Source of the DNA: a virus
Strand: one strand, 5' to 3'
IMG/VR virus record: IMGVR_UViG_3300010354_015978
Location: 32,001-96,000 of that record
DNA: 64,000 bases
Below are positions 1 to 10,836 of the stretch, piece by piece. Numbering within the stretch: the stretch's first letter is position 1; every line of letters starts with the position of its first letter. Both the position numbers and the translations under genes were made by a program. The notes below the pieces were generated by a model. The model saw only the letters and a list, made by a program, of their open reading frames with translations. It had not been told where the DNA came from and ran no database searches.

Positions 1-2
1 TG

Positions 3-1622
3 GACTATGAAACAGCACAACAATGGCTGTTATCACAATGTGAATCCTTGCACCGGGCCCAATACCAGGACAATCAACGGCTGGTGTTCCAGTTGACCCA
101 GGGTGACTACTATGTGGCAGATAGCCGCGTGGGACTGATCCTGAGGAATTTACAAATCGTGTTGAATGAAGTTGACATCAGCAACTTTTTTGTTGTGTTC
201 ATGAGTCCCAACCCCAACCTCATGGCAGAACTAGACATTATCCGACGTATCAGCAGCGACTCAGTACCCATTACTGGTGTCAGCGTGCAAGGTGAATGGA
301 ACACTATAAGCCTGGCCCAGCACCCTGTGAGTCGCAAAGAAATATACCAGTATGGATCTTTGAATCCGGTCAAGATAGATCTCAATCAACTCAGTGAACA
401 CGAAAACTTCTTGCTGACCCAATCCAAAGTTTTTTGCATATATCCATGGACTCACATACATGCATGGCCCACTGGGCAGGCTTTTCCTTGCTGCATGAGC
501 GAACCCGCGGGACAAATTGGTGATACCAAGCAACAAACCCTTCGTGAAATCTGGAATGGTCCTAGCATGAGACAGTTGCGGCTGAACATGACCAGTGAAC
601 GTCCCAGTGATGCCTGTACCAGATGCTATGAACAAGAGCAGGCAGGATTTTTTAGTGGCAGACTCAGCGCCAACAAACATCACGGACATCATGTGGACCG
701 TGTGTTGGAGACACAAGCGGACGGCACCTTGGATCGATTTGAGATGACCTATTGGGACATTCGCTTCAGTAATCTGTGCAATCTACGCTGCCGTAGTTGC
801 GGACACATATTCAGCAGCAACTGGTATCAGGATCAAGCTCGTCTTGCGGGACCCGAATGGAAGCGTGACAATCTACCCCTGAAGTACGCAGGTCGTCACG
901 AGCTGGACATGTGGGAACAGTTGGAACCGCACCTGGACTATGTTGAACAGATCTACTTTGCTGGTGGCGAGCCCTTGCTCATGGAAGAACACTACCGCAT
1001 CCTGGAAGAACTAGTGCGGCGAGAGAAGTTCGATGTGCGCTTGATCTACAATACCAACTTCACACAGACCTATCTCAAGAACCGATCGGTATTTGAATAC
1101 TGGCGACAGTTCCGCAGCGTGGCCGTGGGAGCCAGCCTGGATGCGTCAGGCGACAGGGCCGAGTACATCCGCAAGGGCACAGACTGGGCACAGGTGGTGG
1201 AGAATCGCAGAGAGATGCTGCGGGTATGCCCCGAAGTGGACTTCTACATTTCACCCACGCTCAGCATCATGAACGCCTGGCACCTACCCGACTTCCATCG
1301 CGAGTGGGTGGATCTGGGCTTTATACGTCCACAGGATCTCAACGTCAACATCCTGCAAGACCCCCGACACTATCGTATAGATGTAGCCACAGCCGCTTAC
1401 AAAGAGAAACTGGAGCAGAGATTCCAGGATCATCTGGCATGGCTGCGTCCACAGGATCCATTGCAGCGCGCCACAGCGGGATTTGAAAGCGCCATCAAGT
1501 TCATGTGGGCCCAAGACAACACGCATCTATTGGATCAGTTCTGGGTGCGCACACGCCAATTGGACAGCATACGAGGAGAGCGCGTGTTGGCCTGGTTGCC
1601 GGAACTGGCGGAACTGGAATGA
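3..1622 (+). CDS. Radical SAM protein with N-terminal twitch/SPASM-like Cys domain (5' partial)
   Basis: CxxxCxxC motif SNLCNLRCRSC, GGEP motif, FCIYPW...PCC twitch domain; frame is open to the window edge. Confidence 0.88.
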   Translation, partial: DYETAQQWLLSQCESLHRAQYQDNQRLVFQLTQGDYYVADSRVGLILRNLQIVLNEVDISNFFVVFMSPNPNLMAELDIIRRISSDSVPITGVSVQGEWNTISLAQHPVSRKEIYQYGSLNPVKIDLNQLSEHENFLLTQSKVFCIYPWTHIHAWPTGQAFPCCMSEPAGQIGDTKQQTLREIWNGPSMRQLRLNMTSERPSDACTRCYEQEQAGFFSGRLSANKHHGHHVDRVLETQADGTLDRFEMTYWDIRFSNLCNLRCRSCGHIFSSNWYQDQARLAGPEWKRDNLPLKYAGRHELDMWEQLEPHLDYVEQIYFAGGEPLLMEEHYRILEELVRREKFDVRLIYNTNFTQTYLKNRSVFEYWRQFRSVAVGASLDASGDRAEYIRKGTDWAQVVENRREMLRVCPEVDFYISPTLSIMNAWHLPDFHREWVDLGFIRPQDLNVNILQDPRHYRIDVATAAYKEKLEQRFQDHLAWLRPQDPLQRATAGFESAIKFMWAQDNTHLLDQFWVRTRQLDSIRGERVLAWLPELAELE

Positions 1623-2830
1623 CTCTGCCTACACCCACATTCTGTGTGTTGCCATGGGTGAGTCTGGAGACGTCGCCCATTGGTACCGTGCGTCCCTGCT
1701 GCCTGGCCGAAGATGAGATCCGCGATGCCGCGGGCAACAAGTTCCATCTCACCACGGCCAGTCTACGTGACATACGTGACAGTGAATACATGCGTGACCT
1801 GCGCAGTAAGTTCCTGGAGGGTCAGCGTCCTGATACATGCCGCAAGTGCTGGCGCGAGGAGAACTCCGGGCGCACCAGCAAGCGCATGCACACCCTGGAT
1901 CGTCTCAAGCATCTGATCCAGGATCAGCCTTGGACGCAGGATGCGCGACCCTTGTTGTTCCTGGATCTCAAACTGGGCAACATCTGCAATCTCAAGTGCA
2001 GGATCTGCGGATCTTGGAGTTCCAGCACATTTGCAGCGGAAGAATTATCGGCACTGCCACACAGTCAACGCCGGCAGAGTTATCACTACGACATGGTACG
2101 CCAGGGCGCCTGGCCCAGGACCAGCGATCACTTCTGGCAGGAACTGGACACAGTCACGCCGGACATACGCTACATCGAGTTCACGGGGGGTGAGCCCTTC
2201 ATGATCGATCAACACTTTGATCTCCTGCAGCGACTGGTGGATCAAGGCCGTGCAGCCAATATCGAGATACACTACAACACCAATGGCACCATATGGCCAC
2301 TGCGCGGACCCGACATATGGCAGCATTTCCGCTTGGTGGAGATAGCGTTCAGTATCGACGATGTGGGTGAGAGATTTGAATATCAACGCAGCAACGCGGT
2401 GTGGCAGGAAGTGGAGCAAAACATCCAACGCTTCCGCGAGCTGCGGGATCGGTGCAACAATATCCAACTGCAGGTATGCAGCACAGTCAATGTGTTTAAT
2501 GTGATGTATCTTGATGAACTGGCTCGCTGGAACCGGGCACAGGGCTTTGACTTTGTGTATTGGAACATGCTGCACGAAGCCTTCTACTTCAGCATCAGCA
2601 CCCTGCCTGACCAGGCCAAGACACGTGTGGTGGAAAGCCTGCGCCTGGGCGATGTGCCCCAACAGGATCGTGACGAGTTCCAGCGCATCGAAACCTTTAT
2701 GTTGTCGGGACCCAGCCTGGATGGCCACATACTGCGCGGCAAGATACGCGAACTGGATCAGCGCCGTGGGCAGGATCTAAGACGTGTGGCGCCCGAACTG
2801 GCCGAGGCCATCCATTATGACGGTCCCTGA
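1619..2830 (+). CDS. Radical SAM protein with twitch/SPASM-like domain
   Basis: GNICNLKCRIC, TGGEPF, FCVLPW...PCC; ATGA overlap with the previous stop gives the start at 1619. Confidence 0.88.
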   Translation: MTLPTPTFCVLPWVSLETSPIGTVRPCCLAEDEIRDAAGNKFHLTTASLRDIRDSEYMRDLRSKFLEGQRPDTCRKCWREENSGRTSKRMHTLDRLKHLIQDQPWTQDARPLLFLDLKLGNICNLKCRICGSWSSSTFAAEELSALPHSQRRQSYHYDMVRQGAWPRTSDHFWQELDTVTPDIRYIEFTGGEPFMIDQHFDLLQRLVDQGRAANIEIHYNTNGTIWPLRGPDIWQHFRLVEIAFSIDDVGERFEYQRSNAVWQEVEQNIQRFRELRDRCNNIQLQVCSTVNVFNVMYLDELARWNRAQGFDFVYWNMLHEAFYFSISTLPDQAKTRVVESLRLGDVPQQDRDEFQRIETFMLSGPSLDGHILRGKIRELDQRRGQDLRRVAPELAEAIHYDGP

Positions 2831-4115
2831 ACGTCCCCCGGGCCTGTGCATGGCGCCCTGGACCCACACCTATGTGAGTCCCCAGACCGAGCGCAGGATG
2901 TGCTGCGCCAGCCGCGAGCCCGCGCAAAACTTCCGCCAGTACATAGACACACAGGCAGGGTCGGGTCAATACCAGCCCATGACCCTGGATCAGCACTGGA
3001 ACAGCGAGCACATGAAAAGCGTGCGTCGCAGGATGATGACGGGCGAGACCCTGCCAGAGTGCGAGGTGTGCAACCATCGCTTGCTCAATACCGCGGTGTA
3101 TCGCGATTACTTCTGGCACTTGTTTGGTGATCGCTACAGCGAGATCTGGCAGCGGACCACTGCTGATGGCGAGACCGACATGCTGCCCGTGAGCTGGGAC
3201 TACAGGTTCAGCAACCTCTGCAACTTCAAATGCAGGATGTGTGGCGACATGCTCAGCAGCGCCTGGGAGAGTGAACAGCGCCAGCATGGCATGGTCAACT
3301 GGAACGATGCCAAGAATCACTGGATGCTGCCAGAAGTGCGTAGTCGCATCACTGAGTTCCAAGATCGTGAAATCGAGCGTGAGTTTGCCGAGGCTGTGGA
3401 ACAACATCGTGTGCAAGAAGTATACTGGGTGGGAGGCGAACCGCTCATGTACGAGCAGCACTGGCGCTACATGCGCCGCATCATAGAACTGGGAGACGGC
3501 GATCGTGTCTATGCAAGGTATAATACTAATCTCAGTCGCGTTGATTATCGCGGCTGCAATCTCTATCGTGACATACTGGACCATGTCAGAGACTGGCAAA
3601 TATGCGCCAGCCTGGACGGGACTGGAAGAATCGGGGAGTATATTCGTACAGGGCTTGATTTTGACAGTTGGTGTCGCAACTTTGAACAAGGACTCCAGCA
3701 CCAGCGACACCCCCGACAGATGCGCATAGACTTTACCTTGACTTTACCGGGCCTGTTTGAGACCGATGCCATACAGAAATTGGCACAGGGATGGGGAGTT
3801 GATGTATTGGCCAAGGTCATGTTTGCTTTTTCACCTGACATCATACTGAGTCCCTTGGCGCTGCCACGTGCCCTGCTGAACCGCCAATTGGACCGCTGTT
3901 TGACCACAGCGCAGGGCGCCATGCGCGATGTCCTGATGCAGTTGCGTGAGCGCCCCACGTTCCAAGAGCAGTGGCCCGACACCTGGCAGCAGGCGCTGCG
4001 CCAGGGACGTGACCGCATAGAACATCTGGAACGCATACGCGGCGATACATATACTTTGCGCGACATCCTGTCGCAAGATCCCGAACTCGAGGCCTGGTAT
4101 GAAGCAATTAGATGA
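2817..4115 (+). CDS. Radical SAM protein with twitch/SPASM-like domain
   Basis: SNLCNFKCRMC, VGGEPL, LCMAPW...MCC. Confidence 0.88.
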   Translation: MTVPERPPGLCMAPWTHTYVSPQTERRMCCASREPAQNFRQYIDTQAGSGQYQPMTLDQHWNSEHMKSVRRRMMTGETLPECEVCNHRLLNTAVYRDYFWHLFGDRYSEIWQRTTADGETDMLPVSWDYRFSNLCNFKCRMCGDMLSSAWESEQRQHGMVNWNDAKNHWMLPEVRSRITEFQDREIEREFAEAVEQHRVQEVYWVGGEPLMYEQHWRYMRRIIELGDGDRVYARYNTNLSRVDYRGCNLYRDILDHVRDWQICASLDGTGRIGEYIRTGLDFDSWCRNFEQGLQHQRHPRQMRIDFTLTLPGLFETDAIQKLAQGWGVDVLAKVMFAFSPDIILSPLALPRALLNRQLDRCLTTAQGAMRDVLMQLRERPTFQEQWPDTWQQALRQGRDRIEHLERIRGDTYTLRDILSQDPELEAWYEAIR

Positions 4116-5160
4116 AATTCGCATAGAGCTGCATGCCTATGACTGGTATCCCGACGTCATGACAGTGTATGTGGATGTCTGGGACAACAGCCTAAGTCGC
4201 AAATGGTTGTCGGCACTTAATCATGCTCTGAAATCTGCACTGCATCTTGAAAAGAATTACTGTTTCATGGGCTGGCCCGATGCAGCACGCCATGGATGGT
4301 TCTTGTTGCAACAAATAAATCACAGCATCCGGGCCATCAATCACAGCGACGTCGGTTACAGCATCCAGGATCATTTCACCATGAATCAGCTGCTGGACGA
4401 CAGCGACAATCCTCGCCAGGAACGCATGAACGATCTGCATCGCTACTTTGAAGATCTGCAGGGGCATGCCGGCGCCATGAGTCAGTATTGGCAACGAGCC
4501 GATGATGTCACGCGCTGGCACATACGTCAACTCAACCTATTGTGTCATGAGTTTGAATCATGGGCTCTCAGTAATCGTCGCCGTCGTACAGCCCCCGAAT
4601 GGGTGAGACCCAGCCAACTCATGTGCTGGTTGCATTCGCCGCGATTTGAGCTGGAGCCCCAGGATCTTGAGCTGTTTGGTGTGGACACCATAGCGCGACC
4701 TCAGGGCGGTGTGTATGTGGGCGTGAACAAGGCCGTGGGCAAACATCATTGGGAAGTGTTCCGTGACGAGGGACGCGACAGCAGGATATCGGAACTAACC
4801 ACCACGGCACTACGCCCACAAACTCTGGCATCAGCAGACTTTGACATTGAGTGGGGCCAAGACACACGGGGGCAGCCCTGGATGCAGCAAGAGCTGGCAG
4901 ATTTCCGCCACTGGCTGACCACGAATGGGTTCGATCCCCAGGACCCCGGTCTCACCATTGGACACCCACAGGTGGGGCAAGTCAATCTCTTGCGCAGTTT
5001 CAAAACCAACGATGCCACGGAAATCATGAACCAGTTAGGACACTATCTTGACGTGGTCAGCATACATACCAGCACAGCCAGCGCATGGTACGACTACCAC
5101 TGGAGCGATGTGGGCTACGCTGCTCTACAGCAGCGAATATTATCAGGAAAAACATCATGA
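4099..5160 (+). CDS. Hypothetical protein (353 aa)
   Basis: Long ORF overlapping both neighbours in an operon. Confidence 0.75.
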   Translation: MKQLDEIRIELHAYDWYPDVMTVYVDVWDNSLSRKWLSALNHALKSALHLEKNYCFMGWPDAARHGWFLLQQINHSIRAINHSDVGYSIQDHFTMNQLLDDSDNPRQERMNDLHRYFEDLQGHAGAMSQYWQRADDVTRWHIRQLNLLCHEFESWALSNRRRRTAPEWVRPSQLMCWLHSPRFELEPQDLELFGVDTIARPQGGVYVGVNKAVGKHHWEVFRDEGRDSRISELTTTALRPQTLASADFDIEWGQDTRGQPWMQQELADFRHWLTTNGFDPQDPGLTIGHPQVGQVNLLRSFKTNDATEIMNQLGHYLDVVSIHTSTASAWYDYHWSDVGYAALQQRILSGKTS

Positions 5161-5258
5161 AATGGATAAAACGCATCATTGATCGCATACGATTGGAAAT
5201 CCGTTATCGTAAAAAACTGCGTGAACTGCGCAAAAGAGATCCCTTTATCTATAAATGA
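5157..5258 (+). CDS. Small basic peptide MKWIKRIIDRIRLEIRYRKKLRELRKRDPFIYK (33 aa)
   Basis: ATGA overlaps at both ends; fills the gap before the carbamoyltransferase exactly. Confidence 0.7.
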   Translation: MKWIKRIIDRIRLEIRYRKKLRELRKRDPFIYK

Positions 5259-6739
5259 AGCACTATCTAGGTATCAGTGCTGGATTCCATGATGCTGCTG
5301 CCGCAGTGGTGCGCGAGGACGGTGAGATCCTGTTCGCCGGACACAGCGAACGCTACAGCAAACGCAAGAATGATGCCCACATACACTCTGGGCTGATCAA
5401 AGATCTCGATGCCTGGCAGTACGATGTAGTGGCCTTTTATGAACGTCCCTGGCTGCACAATGTACAGCAGTGGGTGTCAGGGCAGCGTGAGTGGGGCGCC
5501 TGGACCGTGCAAGGTGCCCTGCGGCAACAACTGGGCGACTGGGTGGATCGCATACCCCGGCAGCGGGGTTACGGGCATCATCTCAGCCATGCCGCAGCGG
5601 GCTTCCAGACGTCGCCATTCCGTGAAGCCACAGTGGTGGTGATTGATGCCATAGGCGAACTGGACACCATCAGCATATACCGTGCCTGGTACGATCAGGC
5701 AGGCCGTGCGCAGTATCGCAGGCTGTGGCGCTCGGGATATCCACACAGCATTGGGCTGTTCTACAGCGCAGCCACTCAACGCTGCGGCCTGCGAGCCCAG
5801 GAAGAAGAATACATCACCATGGGCATGGCTGCCTATGGCACACCGCGCTGGCAACTGGACATGCGTCAGGCCTTGATCACGCATGATCATGATCGTGTGT
5901 TGTTCCGAGAAAACCTGCACACCGGTTGGCCACAGGATCTCCTGCGCGATGCCACAGCAGAGGACATAGCAGCCTCGGCGCAGCAGCTCACGCAAGACAT
6001 GGTCTTGGACATCATGCGCCTGGCTCGCACGATCACGGACAGCCGCAATCTAGTGTACATGGGCGGCGTGGCCCTGAACTGCGTGATCAACAGCCAGTTG
6101 GGACGCATCTGGGACGATGTCTGGATCATGCCCAACCCCGGTGACGCTGGATCAAGCCTGGGCGCAGCGGCCCTGGCACATGGTGGCCCCTTGCACTGGC
6201 GCACGGCATTCCTGGGGCACAGCATCGCAGGGGAATATCCGGTACGAGCCTTGCTGCATGAACTGGAGCAGGCCGGCATGGTGGGTGTGGCGTCAGGACG
6301 CGCGGAATTTGGACCCAGAGCCCTGGGCAATCGCAGCCTGCTAGCGGACCCACGTGGCCCAGATATCAAGGACAAGGTAAATGACATCAAAAGACGACAA
6401 CGATTCCGACCATTTGCGCCGGTCATTCTGGAAGAACATGTTCATGACTACTTTGCTATGCCTAGCGGCTGGAATCACAGTAGGTACATGCAGGTCGTCG
6501 CTGATTGCCGGCGTCCTGACCTATATCCTGCTATCTGTCATGTTGACAACACTAGTCGTGTACAGACTGTTGCGCAGGATGGATCTGGGATACGACGGCT
6601 GCTAGAGGCCTGGTATCAGCGCACCGGCTGTGCTATGCTGTTGAACACTTCCTTGAACATCCGAGGTGAGCCCATGGTCAATGACCGCGTGGATGCAGCC
6701 AGGTTCACGCGCCTATACGGGGTCAGGGTCCTGGGCTAG
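5255..6739 (+). CDS. O-carbamoyltransferase (NodU/CmcH/TobZ family)
   Basis: GISAGFHDAAA, HHLSHAA, GGVALNC, GRAEFGPRALGNRS, RFRPFAP, LNTSLN motifs. Confidence 0.95.
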   Translation: MKHYLGISAGFHDAAAAVVREDGEILFAGHSERYSKRKNDAHIHSGLIKDLDAWQYDVVAFYERPWLHNVQQWVSGQREWGAWTVQGALRQQLGDWVDRIPRQRGYGHHLSHAAAGFQTSPFREATVVVIDAIGELDTISIYRAWYDQAGRAQYRRLWRSGYPHSIGLFYSAATQRCGLRAQEEEYITMGMAAYGTPRWQLDMRQALITHDHDRVLFRENLHTGWPQDLLRDATAEDIAASAQQLTQDMVLDIMRLARTITDSRNLVYMGGVALNCVINSQLGRIWDDVWIMPNPGDAGSSLGAAALAHGGPLHWRTAFLGHSIAGEYPVRALLHELEQAGMVGVASGRAEFGPRALGNRSLLADPRGPDIKDKVNDIKRRQRFRPFAPVILEEHVHDYFAMPSGWNHSRYMQVVADCRRPDLYPAICHVDNTSRVQTVAQDGSGIRRLLEAWYQRTGCAMLLNTSLNIRGEPMVNDRVDAARFTRLYGVRVLG

Positions 6740-7525
6740 ACCTCGCGCACGCAGCGCCGGCAACAGGTGTTGACGCGTCCATGCCAAATTGGCCTCTATG
6801 GTGGGATGCTGGGTATGATCTAGTTGGCCCATGGACATGGCATAGTCTCCAATGGGCAGCACAGTGCGCATGAGATCGCCCACGCGCTGGCTCAAGGCGC
6901 CCGGTATCACTGCAAGATCTGGTGTGGGATCTTTCCAGCTCATGAACATCCATTCAAAGCCGCGGCTTTCTAGATAACCTGCCAGGGCCACGATGTTGAT
7001 CATGCTTTGTAATACCTGCGAGTCTGCATCGATTACTCGCTTGTAATGATTGCGCATCTGCACTATGGGATCTTTATCATCCCGGGCTACATCTCGCCAA
7101 TTTTCGATCTTGAGTGTGCTGAATCTATCATTGAATCTATATACCCCGTCTGTGACATCTCGATTTTGAATGGAAAGATATGCACGTCGCGTCCAGGGTT
7201 CTACCAAGGCTGTTTCGGCTATGACATCAGTGCGTGTCATGCCTGACCACATCACTATGACCAGGGTGTTGTGTGGTGATACCAAGGGGTTGTTTTCGCA
7301 CTCGTTGATGATGCTGTTGTATATGTGTTGGCAACCACCACCCGACAGCGACACATCTAAAACCCGCTGGAACCCCGCCAGGTCCCGTAGATAATAGGGC
7401 CAATTCACCACGTGTTTGTTGGCGTGGTTGTGTGTGAAACTGCACCCGCTGACCAAGAGGTGTGCATGGCGACTTTGGGTTTCGGCAGCCAGTGTGCGGG
7501 GAGGATCGCGGTGATAGTGTGTCAT
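6713..7525 (-). CDS. SGNH/GDSL-like hydrolase or acyltransferase
   Basis: N-terminal GCSFT block and C-terminal DxxxHP. Confidence 0.6.
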   Translation of the reverse strand: MTHYHRDPPRTLAAETQSRHAHLLVSGCSFTHNHANKHVVNWPYYLRDLAGFQRVLDVSLSGGGCQHIYNSIINECENNPLVSPHNTLVIVMWSGMTRTDVIAETALVEPWTRRAYLSIQNRDVTDGVYRFNDRFSTLKIENWRDVARDDKDPIVQMRNHYKRVIDADSQVLQSMINIVALAGYLESRGFEWMFMSWKDPTPDLAVIPGALSQRVGDLMRTVLPIGDYAMSMGQLDHTQHPTIEANLAWTRQHLLPALRARGLAQDPDPV

Positions 7526-8559
7526 AGATACCTTTCCAGCCCACCGCGGCGACGTATGTCTTGTGTGCAGCAACTTATGCCCGAATCAAAAAAGTATTTG
7601 TGACGCTGTTCCACTATGATGGGTTCAATACCATGACGTTGGCAAAAATCAAAAACACCTTTGTTGTAACTGCTGAATATCACGTGCTGCTCGTCCACTA
7701 CCAGGCAGTTGACATCAAACACAGTCTCGGACACAAAACCGGTCCATTTGGTGAGATAGGTGTCCACGAACTGTGCAAATGCAGGATCGGGCTGCGGCTG
7801 CTGCACGTACCAGCGTCCGTTGAAGTTTTCATATTTGAACTTGCCCACTTCCTGTGCGGCAAATATGCTGGCGTCCCAGACCTTGTGGACTTCCCATCCG
7901 GGAAATGATTCGCGATAATTTATGTCAGCATCATGCATGCTGGAAATGATAACGCCGGGCTTGAGTATGGCAAACACAGCATCGCCGTGCCCATTGGTCT
8001 GGCAGTGATGCACACGGTATCGCGAGTCCAGTACATTGTCGCGGATCCACTCCATGTGCTGGGTAGTCAGGAACTCTGAATTATCAAAGAACACATCTTC
8101 TCCACAGCGCACGATGCATGAAGCCACGGCGCCCACTATGGGATGCGTGGCGTTGTAGCGTCCTTGATGCGGATCCAGTACCGAGCCCGGCTGTTGCTGC
8201 TCGTAGTGGTGCAGCACCCGGTCCATTTCCGGAATGTTCAACACACGCAACAAGCGTTCGCCCAGCGTGATCTGCCAATCACGCGGGGTCAAGGGCGGCA
8301 GTGGCGCATAGTGCTGTCGCACCGCATGCTGCGTGAAACGATCTACATCAATGAGATCGGGGCGCCGTACCGTGACTCCAAACCCCTCCAGTACTTGACA
8401 CAGTCGATCAAGATCTTCAGCGGTCTCGCTCAAGAGCTGTCCCAATTGATCACGCACCTGTTTGTTTTCTATAAAGGCAAAATGTTCTGGCGTGTAAACG
8501 CGGCCCACGATGATCTCTTCCAGGGGCTGCCAACTGGTATAACTGCTTATCTGGGACAT
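7522..8559 (-). CDS. Amidinotransferase (glycine/inosamine-phosphate amidinotransferase family)
   Basis: SYTSWQPLEEIIVGR start, PRD, H-x-D, C-terminal SGISCCTQDIRRRG catalytic Cys motif. Confidence 0.85.
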   Translation of the reverse strand: MSQISSYTSWQPLEEIIVGRVYTPEHFAFIENKQVRDQLGQLLSETAEDLDRLCQVLEGFGVTVRRPDLIDVDRFTQHAVRQHYAPLPPLTPRDWQITLGERLLRVLNIPEMDRVLHHYEQQQPGSVLDPHQGRYNATHPIVGAVASCIVRCGEDVFFDNSEFLTTQHMEWIRDNVLDSRYRVHHCQTNGHGDAVFAILKPGVIISSMHDADINYRESFPGWEVHKVWDASIFAAQEVGKFKYENFNGRWYVQQPQPDPAFAQFVDTYLTKWTGFVSETVFDVNCLVVDEQHVIFSSYNKGVFDFCQRHGIEPIIVEQRHKYFFDSGISCCTQDIRRRGGLERYL

Positions 8560-9743
8560 TGTAACCGCCTCGCTATGTCATATATAGGTTCCCGCACACG
8601 GCCCTGGAACATTTCTTGGTTGTGTGCAAGATCGGGCAGGATGCTGTCCCACCATACCTCGCTGTTGCAATCACGCGCCACGCGGCGTGCCGACTCTATA
8701 AAGGCCCGGGCGCGATCATAGTGGTCCAGCACTGTGTCATAGCCATGATCTATCACATGATCAAATGTGCGATAGCCCATGTTGCGCAGTTCCTGTATGT
8801 TGCCTGCTGCACCAGCGATCAAAAAAGGTTGTCCATGCTTGATGGGTTTGAATGTCTTTTCCGTGAGGAACACACCCTGGCTCTGATCCACGTCAAAATG
8901 AGTCTCCAACACGATGTGGCAACGGCTGCGGAAAAGATCAAGATTGACATCGTGGTGTGCATTGTGTTGCTCGGCAGAAAAATCATCGCAGCGGTGCGGT
9001 GTGTGCTGCAGAAACAGGTTGAGATGCCCCTGCCACTCCCGATCATGGGTGAGATCGATGGGGTTATCACTGCCATGATCCTGCGCGGGCAGATCCGCGG
9101 TGTTGTAACTCCACATGCTGCTTTCCAACAAACCATGGCGCCACAGGCCACTCATGATGGTGGCGCGCCACCATTTGTGATATCGATTCACTGCGGTAAA
9201 GGTATAAGGTCCTGCTGTGCGATTTAGACTCAGGGTGCGCTGATTGCGATTGACATGGCGGAAAAAGAATTCATGATCGGGGAAGTAAATGAAGTTGTCA
9301 ATGTCACGCGCCGCGGTATTGGCTGAAATGAATCGGTAGCAGTCCCGGGGCAGATCGTTGCGATCTGCCATGAGATCCAGTTTGTTTTTTATCCTATAGG
9401 GATTGTCGCCTTCATGATAGTAAAACAGCACGCCCACCTGGCGCCGTTGTATGCGCTGACGCAGCATGTCATTGAACATGGCGAAATAGTCAAGATCCAG
9501 GTCAAACCAGCCCAGGGCCACGGGATACCAGGCCCAATCAAAATCTTCCCATATGGTGCACACACGGAAGTCCACGTGCGCGTCGCGCAGATAGGTCAAC
9601 AGCCTCAAGGGAATGGTACGGGGATAGTGGTGATCAAACTGTTTCCATTCCGGTGTGCGTGGCTGTGCATGCCAGCGAGCCAGGTTGGGATGCGGCGTCC
9701 CAGGCTCCAGTACTTGATCATAACAAAATATCAGCTCAGTCAT
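8547..9743 (-). CDS. Putative glycosyltransferase-like protein
   Basis: C-terminal ETH...FLTEKTFKPI...GYRTF...YD block resembling GT-B donor-binding domains; paralog of the next gene. Confidence 0.55.
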   Translation of the reverse strand: MTELIFCYDQVLEPGTPHPNLARWHAQPRTPEWKQFDHHYPRTIPLRLLTYLRDAHVDFRVCTIWEDFDWAWYPVALGWFDLDLDYFAMFNDMLRQRIQRRQVGVLFYYHEGDNPYRIKNKLDLMADRNDLPRDCYRFISANTAARDIDNFIYFPDHEFFFRHVNRNQRTLSLNRTAGPYTFTAVNRYHKWWRATIMSGLWRHGLLESSMWSYNTADLPAQDHGSDNPIDLTHDREWQGHLNLFLQHTPHRCDDFSAEQHNAHHDVNLDLFRSRCHIVLETHFDVDQSQGVFLTEKTFKPIKHGQPFLIAGAAGNIQELRNMGYRTFDHVIDHGYDTVLDHYDRARAFIESARRVARDCNSEVWWDSILPDLAHNQEMFQGRVREPIYDIARRLQCPR

Positions 9744-10836
9744 TGAAATCATCTCTGATTTGCTTCAGCATGGCCGTGAGTTCGCGCCATAGTATTTGCT
9801 CAAATGCACCGCCGTAGAAGTGTTGATGATTGTGTTGGACCACGTCTCTGCATTGATCATTGAGGATACCAAGCTCACGATCTGTGCGTTGATCCATCCA
9901 CAGCAATAGCTCGGCCACGCGCTGCGCACGAACATCATCGTTGGGCTCTAGATCGTAACTCTCGTCCCAGACATCATGGAAGGTGCGGAATCCATAACTG
10001 CGCAGGTACTCCAGACTGCCCGGTGCTGCCAACAGTACAAAAGGTCTGCCCATGGCAACAGGTTTCAAAGTCTTTTCCGTGAGATGCAGGCGCTGTGCCG
10101 AATACACAGTTTCTGTGACCACATAGGCCAGACTGTCATGGGCTTCCTGCCACTGCGTGAGTTCATAACTGCGCATGGGGTGGTCATGTTCGCCTGCAAA
10201 GTTCCAGGGCAGCCCGGCGCGGGCAAACACGCCGACAGCATCCTCCGGCAAGTGATCCACGAGATCCTGTACAGCCACACCTTCCTGTGGACATGTAGCG
10301 GGGAAACTCACATGGGCATTGCGCACGCCGCCGCGCAAGAGGTGGTACATCAAGGTGACCCTGTGGCGCCGACGCCCACCAATGATGCGATTTGGCGCAA
10401 GGAAACTGCGGGTGATGCGCGACTGCTGAGGTCGCAGCCAGGTGCGGTCATAGCCCCGGAACCAATCCAGAGCAGCCCAACCATGGAAGAAATAATAGTA
10501 GGACTTCCAACCCCATCGCTCACAGGCCGCCCGCACAGCATCACTGTTCATCTCACTGTGCACCAGGGCGCGACTGCGCGGACCAATATGATTATTGAGA
10601 TCCCGGCTGCGTTCACGCACAGCATCAAACAGGGGCGCATGTAGATCCAAATGGATTGGCTCTTGGTCATGAAATAGTATATAATTAAGTTCGTGACTAC
10701 CAGCACCATCACTGACGCACAAGTTCTCCACACCGGTGTGACCAAATGGCGCACAGTGATAGAATCTGGTCCTGGGCACGTTACGCTGCAAATAGGTGCC
10801 AAATACCTGATGGTAGATCTCGTCGATCCTAATCAT
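9736..10836 (-). CDS. Putative glycosyltransferase-like protein
   Basis: ETVY...LTEKTLKPV...GFRTF..WDESYD block. Confidence 0.55.
   Translation of the reverse strand: MIRIDEIYHQVFGTYLQRNVPRTRFYHCAPFGHTGVENLCVSDGAGSHELNYILFHDQEPIHLDLHAPLFDAVRERSRDLNNHIGPRSRALVHSEMNSDAVRAACERWGWKSYYYFFHGWAALDWFRGYDRTWLRPQQSRITRSFLAPNRIIGGRRRHRVTLMYHLLRGGVRNAHVSFPATCPQEGVAVQDLVDHLPEDAVGVFARAGLPWNFAGEHDHPMRSYELTQWQEAHDSLAYVVTETVYSAQRLHLTEKTLKPVAMGRPFVLLAAPGSLEYLRSYGFRTFHDVWDESYDLEPNDDVRAQRVAELLLWMDQRTDRELGILNDQCRDVVQHNHQHFYGGAFEQILWRELTAMLKQIRDDFND

Noticed and set aside
2697-3710. Long antisense ORFs such as this 337-aa frame
   Set aside because: Shadow frames of well-supported genes on the opposite strand.
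5157-8559. Saxitoxin-like cluster (carbamoyltransferase, GDSL, amidinotransferase)
   Set aside because: No SxtA-like PKS or other core genes; these families are generic tailoring enzymes.
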